DNA from: Hyaloraphidium curvatum SAG 235-1
Taxonomy: Eukaryota; Fungi; Monoblepharomycota
Reading direction: 5' to 3'
NCBI GenBank assembly: GCA_025558095.1
Contig: JAIVFI010000031.1
Coordinates: forward strand, 124,001 to 188,000
DNA: 64,000 bases
A model generated the notes under the pieces. The model did not search any database. It had not been told where the DNA came from and saw only the letters and a list, made by a program, of their open reading frames with translations. The stretch's first letter is position 1. Each line of letters starts with the position of its first letter. Positions 9,652 to 21,228 of this stretch are shown here, one piece after another. The translations under genes were made by a program, and so were the position numbers.

Positions 9652-12600
9652 TTATCCGGCAGTTCCGCGCAAAGCAGCGGGGTGGGTGAAGGTGGCAGGC
9701 CGCTGGCCGGTGGCGATGATGTGCAAGAACACTCGAATGAGGCACAGCGTCGCCGACCGATTCTTGTTGACTTCGAGCTTGTCCTTGAAGCCGTGCTTGT
9801 CCGAGCGGCCGGTACAGGACGGGCAGACCTTGTGCTCGACGTCGCCCTTGCGCAGAGGGTACGCCTTGAGTTCCGAGAGGCACGTGGGGCACCGCTGCGA
9901 CGTGTTGTGCTCGCCGAGCATCACCACCAGGAAGTGGCGCGAGAGCAGCTCGGCGATGCCGCCGCGGTACGGCATCTTCGACGACGAGCCCTGGCCAGCG
10001 CCGCAGAGAACAATGGGGTTGGGCACGGCGGCGATGCGGTCGACGGCCTGCTCCGCGGCCTCGCGCGCCGCGCGCTCCGTGATCCTGAGCTCCTCCGCGG
10101 TAGGCTTGCGGCCACCGTGCGCGCCCTGGGCCTGCCGGACGGCGGCGTTGTAGGTCTCGACATACGTCTTGCGCCGCCACAGGGCCTCGCAGGCCTCCGT
10201 GATCCAGTTGACGATGGCGTTGCTGCGGGCCTGGAAGGCGCGGAACCGGTAGGCCTTGGCCAGCTGGGTTTTGCGGCTCTGCGCGTGGTCGAGGAGGGGG
10301 CCGGCACTGCGGAGGAAGGCGGCACCTGGGCACGGGAAAGAGGTTAGCACTGCGGCGCTCAGAAACGCGGACGACAGCTCGCGCACCGGCCATGACGCCG
10401 TCCATGGGGTACGGCGACCTGGAGATCCCGCGCAGCCCCTGCGACATCGCGCCATGTGCCTCCCACCAGGCCGCCGACCTCGCCTCCTCGTCGCGCGCAC
10501 GGTACCCGGCGGACGAGAGGGGCTCGAACTTGCGGTGCACGGTCAGCTGCTCCAGCTGGCCACCCTCGCCGCGGAAGTGAACGGTGACGCTGATCGTGTG
10601 GCCGCCGGTGCCGGGGTCGACCGCGACCAGGATCGCCTCGAGGGCGAGGCTGTCTGCCGCCTCGACGGTCGTCGAGTGCCTGAAGAAGTACGGCACGTCC
10701 TTGCCATCCGTCTGCAGCTTCTGATATCGGTGGCCGCCGGGGCCGGATGGATGGCGACAGCAAAGCTGTCCTTCCAGGACCACGATTCGCGCGTGGTCAT
10801 GCGTGCCGGCGGCTCCGGCGCGAACGTGGCAGCACGACGAGGAGCAGCGGCTGGATATCGGGGTCGAGCCGCAGGCCGGGGGCCCGCGCGGGGCGGGAGG
10901 AGAGGGAGGAGTGGGTGGAGGAGCAGGAGGGATGCCGGCGGTCGCGCTCGCGGCCTCGTTGTCCGCCGCCGGCGCCGTTGCCGTGGTCGCGGCCTTGATG
11001 TGCCGATGCCCGGCGAGTTCGGGCAGCGTGCGGCGAAATGCGTTGCTGGTCACCTGCGCATATTGCTCAGGCTGCGCGACGGACCACGTGCACGACGTCG
11101 AGCTGGCGGAGCAGTGGCTGCGCGGCACCGGATGGCGTGAGACTCTGGCGCCGGCACGCACATCAAAGCTGGAGACGCACCCGCAGGTCGGCATGCATCC
11201 GTCGCAGTCTCGCTTTGCCGCCTCGCAGGGCTTGCATGTCGGCAGCTCGTACACGCACGCGCGGTTGGCCGCGGCACAGTCGCTGATCGCGGGCGTCAGC
11301 AACTCGAGATTAGGCATATCGGCGTCGTTGATCGTGCTTGACACCTACGAGCAGCCGGGGTACAGCCGATCGCACTTGCCCTTCTTGCAGCCCCTGCAGT
11401 CGATTGGCCACCGCGGGTTGTCGCCGAGGATCGGATCTCCCGCCTGCCTTTGAGCGGTCGTCAGCATCTGCCCGCAGTCAGCTGCCGCTGCGCCAAGTGA
11501 CCCACCGCAGTCTTGGTCCGCACGCCGCCGAGTTGGTTGTAGCGGTGCGGATGGCGCTGGTTGGTCACAAGTATCCGCGTTTCTGTGCCGTTGGACTGGA
11601 AGTGGTTAGACTTGTAGGGCTCGAACCTGTCCACGTGCGCGTCCCCGCGGTCCATCGCCTGACCGCGTACGACGCGGGCAAGGCCGGGGATCATCTTGTT
11701 CATGAGCGCGGGGAGGCCGGGTGCCGTGGCGGTGTCGATCGATGTTTGCTGATTCTGCTTGTCCAGGGCATCCTCGACGGCCTTGATGCGCGGCACTTTC
11801 CAGCCGCGAACGACGTCGGCAAGGGCAAACGCGACGGGCTTGCCGTCCATGTCGGTGCCGCCCTCCTTCAGCCGATGCAGATGTCCGATATAGGCGGAGA
11901 TCCAGCGCCCGAACGCCGAGTTGTCCACGGGCTGGAAGCGGTCCCCGGCATGGAGCCGTGGCACGACGTTCTGGCGCAGCTCGCCCGCCACGACCCCGCG
12001 GCGGACCATCACCAGCTGCTCCACCAGAGTCTGCTTGGTGAGCTCGGTTGCGCCCAAGCCGACCTCGGTGCGCACGTCGTCCTTGTGCTTGGCCGTGCGG
12101 ACACCTCCGTCCGCAACCGTGAGCAGGTTCAGGAACAGGTCGAAGGCGGCCTCGATCGGCCCGCGCTTCTCTGCCGACAGGTCCGCGGTGAAGCGCTCTC
12201 GAAGACCGGCAACGTCGCCCTCCACCTCGCCGACCAGGATGGTTGCGCGGGCGTAGATGTCCAGCACCGTCTCGGCGGGCGTCTCGTCCGCCACGGCCCC
12301 GGCAGTGTCCGCGTCGTCGTCGCCCGTGGCCTGGCGCACCCCGGCGAACTCGACCTCCTCCGCCTCCTCGTCTCCCTCTTCTTCGGTCGCGACCGCGCGC
12401 GCGCCGCGCTTCGGCGGAACGAGGACGCAGCGGAGGCGGTAAGCCAGCGCGTTGATGAGCCCGCGCGGGACCCCGGGCGCGAACGCCTTGGAGAGGTAGG
12501 CGTGCGCCTTGTTGTACACCAGGCGGCGGAGACCGTCGCGGGCGAGGCGCGTGAGGGTGGCGAAGAGACGGCCGGAATGGATCTGCCCGAAAGCACCGGG

Positions 12601-15600
12601 GAACAGCTTGTAGGAGTGGTGAATGGTCTCGTGCTCGATGAACGAGTCCGAGATTGCCAGCGACGCGGCGGCGAGCGAGACCATGAGCGGGGTTCCGGAG
12701 GCGTCGGAGTCGGGAAAGTTCGCGTAGGCCCGCGGGAGCAGGCGCTCGATCGCCAGGCGCGCACCCTCGTCGACGTTTGCCGCGGCGCGCCAGGAAGGAC
12801 CGACGACGGCGGCGTCGCCCGGCACGAGGGAGGGGTCCGGGATGAGGTTGATCGCGGTGATGGAATCCGCGAGGTGCGACGGGAGCTTGACCCCCGAGAT
12901 CGGGTGCGGGGCCATGGCGACCTCGACGTCGGTCTGCCGGATGAGCTCGTCGTTGGTGACGGGCTGCAGCCGCAGGCTGGCGACGCCACCAGTGGAGAAG
13001 GGAAGCGGGGTGGTGGAGACGTTGCGGCCGGCAGAGGCGGCATCTAGCACCTTGCGCATGTTGACGCCGAGGCCCACGAGTAGCGCGGGGCGGAAAGCTC
13101 GGAGCTCGTGTCGCAGGAACTCGAGCTGCATGCGGCGGTGGAGCGCCATCGCGCGGCGAGCCTCGTCCTTGGTGAGCTCGGGGGCCTTGTCCCGACCGAC
13201 GCGGAGCATTAGGGGGAGATCGCAGCAGCAGCACTCGTCGCCGTCGTTCTGCGCGGAGGCGTCAGTCGAGTGCTCGGAAGGTTAAGGCAATCAACACCCA
13301 CGAAGAGCATCGGGCACATCCTGTTGACGTCCGCGAACACGATGTTGCCCAGAACGCGGCAGCGCGCGGCGGTCGCAGCCTGCCAGTGAGGGTCCTCGGG
13401 GTCCTTGAGGGGCACGATCTCCTTGATCACGTCGATGTCGGCCTTGATGGCCATGATGTCCTTCTCCAGGACCTCGGCGGGGTACCGACCGGGATCGCCG
13501 CGCTGCGTCGATGTGTCAGCACGGGTGAGGGTGTGTGTGCTTCCGAGCGACGGGGAGCCCACCTTGGCGCGCTCGAGGGCGCTCTGCAGCCGGTGCAGGG
13601 CGACGACGTCGAGAACGTTGAACAGGAGCTTGTTGGTCGGGTTGAGGAAGTGGCGGCGGGAACCAAGGAGCACGTCGAGCTTGGGGCAGTTCCCAAAGAG
13701 CAGCGTGACGGGAAGCGAGGGGTCAAAGGCCGGCGCCGACAGGTCCCCGTACACGAAGCGGCGGGTGGGATCGTCCAGGGCGCCGCCGCGGTGGAAGGCC
13801 AGCCCAGGCTCTCGGGCGAGCACGCGGAACCTGGCTTCCACGAAATCAACAAAGGCAAGGCCGCGCAGCTGCCTGCCGGCGGCTTCTTGCATCGCGGTGA
13901 GGAGGCGATCGCTGCCCATTGCGATGCTGGTTTCGCGCATCGCCTGCCGATAATCGCGCCGGAGGTCGGGGTCCACGGGCTGCGGCGCCGGGATCTCGGT
14001 GCGGTCGGGTCCCGCATTCTCGTCCGTCGCAAATGCCAGCTCGGCAGGCAGCCCGAGGATCTCGTCCGCGCGGTCCTGGCCATCCGCCCCGCGGGGACTC
14101 CAGGATCTGAGCGGCGCCAGGCGGAGTATGTTGCGTTGCAGAAACAACCTCTTCCTTCCGTCCTCCTGGTCGGTTGAAATGGGCTGGTCCAGGTACTCGC
14201 GCGCGAGGTCCGGGAAAATGCGGCACAGAGTTCCGACCTCCATCTCCGCCGCCCGCTCCAGATGCGGGTTGCGCTGCCGCGGCGGCTTGCCGCTTTTCGC
14301 GAGATCCTCTGCGTAGGCAGCCCCCGCGGCCGCCTTCTTCAGCTTCAGCCACTCCTCAAAGCCACTGCGGATTCGCACCGGGTCCTCGTCCGCTTGCAGG
14401 CCGATCCGGGTTAGTTCGGCATCCAGCTCCCTGAGGAAGGCGCGGATCTCGGGGATCCCCGGACCCATTCGAGCTGGATCTCCGCCGCCCTCGAGCCTCA
14501 GCGCGGTGGCGACCGCCGCGTACGTATTATCAATTAGGGCTTCCGGATCGGAGCAGTTGAGAGACGGAGGCACTCCCGGGAACCACGCAGCCCGCTGCTC
14601 TTCGTTCAAGTGCAGGTACGTGTCCAGGACGACGCGGAATGCGGCATTGCCGGCCATCAGCAACCTCTGCTGCGTGCGGAACGCCAGCGCCATGAAGTCG
14701 CCGAACTTGCGCCTCTCCGCGAGCTCGACCTCGGCCTGCTTCTCCGTGCCGACCATAGCATGCTGCTTCCGCATAAAGTCCTCGATGTCCGCGTCCGACG
14801 GCCTGCCGTTGCCCTGCCGCACCTGCGCCCAGATGAAATCCTTCACAGGGCCCGACCAGGGCTGCACCAGGTGGTCGAGGACGGGGCCAGGGATCGTGAC
14901 GGGGCTGCTGCCCGCGCCGCCGCCCTTGCGCGCGTCTTCCTCCTCCTCCTCTTCCGCCTCGTCCATCTTGGCGTCCTTCGGATCCAGCTTGAAGCCCTCG
15001 TCGGCCTTCCCGCGGCCGCGCTTCTGCTTCTTGGGCGCGGGCGCGGGAGCCGAATCCTGGCGACCTGCGCCCCGCGCGTTGCCCGACGCCGGCGCGTGAT
15101 CGCCGGGAACGTGCTCCCAGCGCAAGCCTTCGGCGTCCACTTTGCGCAGCCTAACCAACAGGCGCGGCCATTCGGCCCCACGACCCTGCTCCGGTGCTCC
15201 CTCTCGATCGCCCGCGGGTTCCCCTGCACCAGACGTCTCCTTGGTCGCGCTCCGGGGATCCACAGTCGCGTGCAGCGGGTCGAACATCGGTTCGGCCCTC
15301 CCCTTGCCCTTGGCCTGCCTCGTTCTCTGCCTAATCTCGTCGTCCTCTGGAGCTTCGTCGTCGTCCTCTTCCGGATCCGGACCCGCCGCGGGCGCCTCGT
15401 CCATCGGCACGTCGTCCACGGCAGTCGCGGCGCCGCCGGCGGGGGCGTCCTCCATCATCGCCTCCTGAGCCGGTTCGGGCGATGGTGAAGCCTCGGGAGG
15501 GTCCAGCTCCATGGGCGCCGGCGCGGCAGCTCCCGCTGCGGTGCCTCCGGGGGGTCCTGCGTCCGCGGCAGCTGCCGCACTCCCGCCCGAGCTCCCGCTA

Positions 15601-18600
15601 GCAGACCCGGAGGCGGCTTCCGCCGCGACTGCCGCGCACACCGCGTCCCTAGCGGCGCCCGGCGTGGCGGTCGAACGGATCGCGGTGCTGCCGACAAGGA
15701 AGATGTAGCCGTCCCCGTCGGGCTCCTCCTTGGCCGCGTTCCAGGCGTGCTTGCCGACGACCTCGCGCCTTTCCTCCTCGTTCTTGGCCCGCCGCTCGAA
15801 CGCGGCCTGGATGCCCTCGCCCATCTTAATGGCGACCTTGACCGCGGCGTCTCGCTCCGGAGTCATGGCCTGACTGGACGCCGGTCCCGACGACGATCCC
15901 GAAGTCGGGCCCGCGCTGGCCGATGCCGATGCGCCGGCCGAAGGGTCGGCCGTCTGCTGCGGGTCCACCGGTGCCGGGGAGGAAGGACCGGGCGCGGCAG
16001 CGGCGGGCAAAGGCTGCGCGAGCGCGGCCTGGCGACGGTTGTGCGTGAGCTCGATGTCATCAACCGCCGCCGTTCGCTCCCCACCTTCAGGCTCACGTAC
16101 TGGTGCCGCCGTCGGGGCCTCGGAGACGGGGTCCCGGCGATGCTGCCCGGAACGGGCCGCTGGCCGAGCTTCTCGAGCACGTCGATGAGCTCCTCCTTCA
16201 TGCTCTCGCGCGTCTTGGCGTCCGCCTTCGTGAGCTTCTCGCCCGGGTCGTACCGCCCGTCGAGCCTCCGAAGACCGCTGCGCAGCTCGTTCCGCCGGGC
16301 CTCCAGCGCCTCCCGGTGGTCCGCAGCGAGTGGATCCATGGCAAAGACCTCGGCCAGGGGCACGAGGAGGGGAAACATGGCCTGCGCCGACGGCGCGACG
16401 TCGAGCGGAAGCCGGAGACGGCGCTGCGGCGTCCCGTCCGCCCGCTTGCCCTCGGTCTCGTGGTAGATGCGGACCAGCTCCTCCTTGTCGGCCGCGATGA
16501 GATCGCGGGGTTTGGGGGTGACGAGGTTGTTCTGCACGACCATGTCCAGGCACGTACGGATCCAGCCGGACCCCGGAACAGCTTCCCGCGCCTGGAGCCA
16601 CGCGGCGTCAATGATCGCCTTGTTCGCCCGCAGCACGTCCCGGAACCGCTTGGCGCCCTGCGGGGAGGGACAGTGAGCCGCCGTTCCCTTCAGCCTGATC
16701 GCAAAAGCTCCGAATCAACGACACCCACGATGAAGTGGCTCGTCGTGTTGTGGCTTCCCGCCACGAGCACCGATGCCTTGAGCTCCTCCGCGGTCACGTC
16801 CAGGTGCGCCAGGATATCCTGCTTCAGGAACAGGCTCGGCGTCGCCCCCTTGACGTCGGTGAACAGATCGGCGATCCCGTGTATGGCGCCCTCGCGGACG
16901 GCCATGTACAAGGGGTCGCGGTCGCTCGTGACGACCAGGCGCAGCTCCTGTTCGCCGTGGGAATCCAACCGCAGCTCCGCGTCGCGGACAAAATGGCCGT
17001 CAGCCTCAGCCACCACGAGCTGAACATCCGTCGCGCCGAACATGGCGTGCGCAGCCCGGAGGCGGTCGCGGACGAGGCGCGAGAGAACGAGCATGAGGCC
17101 GGGCCCCAGGCGAGCGGAGCTTGCAACGTGGCCGGCGCGAGCCGTTGCTAGACCTGGATGGAATGAGATGAAGGCGGTGAGCGGGAGCCGTTTTCGGGGG
17201 GTGGTCCCTTGTGAGACCCACGATTGGCACCGGTACGATCGTCCGGCCGGTCGAAGGCCTTGCGCACGCCGTCGGCGCCCGGCTTGCCCGCGACCTTGAG
17301 GAAGCCCTTGAGGGCGCCGTTGAAGCTCTCCGAGTTGGCCGTCCCGCGCTTCTCGGCCTCGTGCACCTGCTTCCGCAGGGCGTAGAACGCGCCTCCTTGC
17401 TGCTGCTGCTGCTGCTGCTGGCCGTCGAACACCTCCGGTACCAACTGCCACGGCTCTGCATCCGCTGCCCCGGGCAACGCGATCGGGTGCTTGCCCGCGC
17501 GGGCCTGCTGTGTTCCCTGCGCGGACGGCTTGGGCGCCCCGGTCTCGAAGTAGACGACAACGGTGTCGCCGCGGGCGCGAGACGCCGGCGTTGCCCTGAG
17601 CAGCCGCTTAAGCTTGTCCACGAACGCGCGCGCGAGCTCCCCCAGGCTGTCCTCCACCCAGGGGAGGGTCTCGTCGGCCGGCGGCAGGGTCATTGAGTCC
17701 GCACGCCCAAAGAGGAGCGGCGCCAGGGCCTGCCGCGCCTTGGCCTCGTAATCCGAGCCGAGGATGGAATGCAGGATCACGGAGGCGTCGACGTAGAAAC
17801 AGATCCGGTTGAAGGGAATGCGCTGCCGGGCGAGGTGGTCGTCGATCTGCAGGCGGTACGATGCGCCGCCGTGCAGCTTCATCGCCACGGGCCAGATCTC
17901 CTTGTTGGTCGCGGTCTTGCCGCCGCCGTGCTTGCCGCCGATGGTCTGCACCTCGCCTTCCGTCAGCGTGCCGGTGAGGCCGCCGCCGGCCTTCTTCTTG
18001 CCGCCCTTGCCGCCTGCCCGCGCCGTCGTGCCCTCGGGGGTGTCCATGGCCGGCAGCTCGACGCGTGGGCCGCGCGCGGGGGTTGCTGCAGCAGAAGTTG
18101 CCGCGCGAGAGGGCTGGGACGGAGAAGGCCCGGAGGAAGCGGGCTCGGAGGGAGACGGAGCCGCGGCCGGGGTGGAGTGCGCGGGCGAGACCGAGGGGCC
18201 GGGCGCGGCACCAGCATTGGCGTTCCGCAACCCCGCCCTGCGCGAGGTCCGTTCCGTGCCCACCCCCCTGCCGCCAGTCGTCACCTCCGGATCCGGGTCG
18301 CTGTCCTTGTCGTCGCCCTCGTCCTCGTCCTCCGACCGAACCCGCTTGGGCGTCTTGGGCACCTGGCCGCCCCTCCCACCCCGACCACCGCCCCTGCCTC
18401 CCCTCCCCCGCCTTCCTCCGCTCGAAGTCGCGTTCTTGGCCCCGCCGGGTAGGCGGACGGTGGCCAAGAGGGTGGCCTCGTTCCAGAGCAGGTCCCCGAC
18501 CTGCTCGTCCCCGACCTGCCCGTCTTTCTCCAGGACGAGGCCGCTCCGTGTGCGTAGGTAGAAGGACGTCTTGGGGACGCCGAGGCGGGCTGCGACGGAT

Positions 18601-21228
18601 TTCTGCGCGCGGATTGGGAGGTCAGCAAGACAGCCGGGTGCCATGGTGAGAATTTGGCCCACCTTGAGCGCCGAGATCCGCAAGTCGGAGCCCACGCGGA
18701 CCGTCAGGGTCTTGTTCAGCGAGTGCAGGCCGTCGCTGAGGGTGATGGGGAAGGAGGAGACGAATAGGGTGAACTTGCGAAGCCGGCGGGCAAAGACGGA
18801 GCTGCCGGCCTGGATCCCGCACTGGCCCAGCGACGCTGCGGGGCAAAGTCGCCTGCGCCGATGGTGGTCGGAAAAGAGGTCGACGGCAGAGACACGGCAG
18901 CCGATGCGGTCTGCGACGAGGACCTGTCGCGATCGGGAATGGGCGTAGGAAGGGCGTCAACTGCTTGCGCCTCGACAGGAATGGATCGCGACGAACCTGG
19001 AGATCAGACACCGTATCCGAGGCGCGCATCGAGATCTCAACCCCGCGCGAGGCGTTGTGCCCAGCCACAACGTCGGACGGGAGGTGCAGAATGAAGAGCA
19101 CCTCCGGCTCGTCGACCTCGCCCGCCTCGGCGGCGGTCCACGGGCCGGCCAAGGTGAACCGCGAGAGCGGTCCATTCCAAGGGACCCGGGGAGCGGGCTC
19201 GTCGTCGGCGCCACCCGCAACAGGCAGAGAGCGCGCGCCGGCGTCATGAAGAGGAGGTCCGCTGGGCGGCGCCGCCTCCGACGCGACTGCGGGGCTTCCG
19301 CCCTCTCGCCAAGCGGACGACGACGGCCGGGTGAGGGGCGTCGGGGGGTCGTCGTCTCCGTCGCGGCGCTCTGGGCCTGCCGCCACGACCGCAGAAACGG
19401 CGGGGTTGGGGGAGGGAGGTCGGGGAGCTGGTCGAGAGGCTGGGGTCCAGGGCGCGGGCGCATTGTCGACAGCTCCGGCGACGACCTTGGCCGCAACAGC
19501 GTCGGCAGCCAGTGGCCCGGGCCCTGCGGCAAGCCCGGCATCGGCAGCGCGCGGTGCGGGTTCGGCGGCGGAGGCGTCCGGCTCGGAGGGAGGGTGGATG
19601 GTCAACGACGGAGCCGGGATGAGCGCGGCGCCCGAGGCCGGCCTGACGGGGGGTGTCCACGAGGCCGGAGGCGTCTCCATCACACCACACTGGTGGTCGT
19701 GTGCGGTAGCATCGGCGACGGCGGCGGAGGGCGCCGCGGAGGCCGGACGCCAGGGGCCCGACATCTTGAGGCGCCAGGTGAGCGCGGCGCCGACGAACGT
19801 TCCCCATTCGGAATCTGAACAAAGAGAGGCGGCACGTCAGAGATGGCACCGAAGGGCCCACATGGCAGCTCACCGGTCAGGTAGTCGAGCTTGCCAGGAC
19901 GGTCGCACATGCGGTCCCTGAGCTGGAAGGCAATGACAGCGTGGCGGAGCTGGGTGCGGGCAAGCTCGGCCTGCGCGCGCCTGGCGAGCTCGGCATCGCA
20001 CATGGCAACGACGTCTGCGCCAGCGGACGAGTGGGGAGCGTCAATGCTGCGAGCTCCATGCGATCCGGAGCGATCAAAACCCACCGGCTGCGGTGTGACG
20101 CCCCAGCAACTTCTCGGCGGCGCGCGCCGCGCAAGGAGACCCGAGGCGTTGGGCCGGGCGAGACCGTGATGACGGCGCCGCAGACGGCGCGACATCTTTG
20201 GCGCCGGCCCCTTGCACTTCGACAGGCTGCGCCGGGTGCGCGGGTCCCGGGCCGCTGGCAGGGGTCGGAGCGACGCGGCGAACAAGGCGCACCCCGCTGG
20301 CGTCCCCATGCAACGATGCGGATGGTGAGGACGGCCGGGCGACGTGAGCTCCGAGGCGGTGCACAGATCTTGTCGACTTCGGCAACGACCCAGAGATTCG
20401 CGCAGGTAAGGCGGGGAAGTCGCTCGAGCGGCAGTCGGGGCTCCCGTGTCCGACGAGAAAGACGGCGACCAGAAGCGCGACGACGGCCAGGAAAGCGGCG
20501 GCGACTCGCCGGGTAACGAGAGCCGTCCAAAGACCCTTGGCAGCGGCGGCGACCCCTTCGAAGGCTCCCTTGGCCACTCCCTTGGCGATGCCGGCAACTG
20601 ACTGCATCGTGATATCCAAGAACGCCGCGAAGCCGAGCAACACGCCTAGGGCCATGCACAGACCCACAGCCGCGGTCGAAGCATCGTAGCTAACGCGTCG
20701 CGGGTGATGCTCAGGGTGCTCCACCTTGCCCGCGGCGACATCCTCGACCCTGGTGGATCTCCTCGCGTCCCGGGCCTCGGCCTTGAGCTGCCTCGCGAGT
20801 TCAATCTGCACCCTGCGTTCGGTTCTCCGTTCTCGGGCAATGTACTGAGCCACCCGCTTGTCCAGAACCGCGGCGCGGACCCGGCAGTAAGTCTGGAACA
20901 GGCCCTCGTAGTCGCACTTGCCGCCGTCGTGGAGGGCCGACGCTCGCTTGGCGGCGACCTCCTCGTCGGCCGTCTTGCGCGCGCGCATGTTCATCTTGCT
21001 TGCCTTCCCCCGGGGAACGGCCCTGCGGGGCGACGTGCCGTCTTCGGGGTCGACGAGCTCGCAGATCTCGAGCCGCAGCGCCGCGGCCTCGGACGTCTTG
21101 TCGTACATCTCGTCGAAAAAGCCCAAGATGACGGACGTCGGCGCCCCCTGAAGCGCCGCGCTTATGTCCTCGGGCGGAACAGCACCCGGGTCGGGCAGGT
21201 CGACTGCGGCCTCGGCGGCCCCGGCCAT
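9652..21228 (-). CDS. giant multidomain Fanzor/TnpB-family fusion protein (~3,580 aa): TM-Ubl-Ubl-PIN(XPG/FEN1-like)-UDG-like-2xZn2Cys6-RuvC/ZnF
   Basis: Exons 21228-20085, 20014-19874, 19814-18997, 18923-18663, 18602-17222, 17153-16729, 16657-16097, 16028-13563, 13502-13302, 13248-11506, 11443-11349, 11282-11181, 11117-10387, 10325-9652 sum to 10,743 nt (3,581 codons). All 13 introns are GT..AG, 53-73 nt, phases consistent. RuvC motifs ILVAVDPG, IVLCGAG, LGEHNTSQRCPTC..CPSC, VNKNRSATLCL, QRPATF. Confidence 0.75.

Noticed and set aside
11338-13047. Long + strand ORFs opposite real genes (e.g. 11338-13047, 28374-29777, 41426-43507, 60508-62004)
   Set aside because: Antisense shadows of GC-rich coding sequence, with no motifs
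13209-16601. 1130-aa ORF as a standalone gene
   Set aside because: Its first ~190 aa are off-frame; splice sites at 16029-16096 and 13249-13301 join it to the neighbouring exons
17396-17420. CAG microsatellite
   Set aside because: Just a short polyQ inside the PIN region
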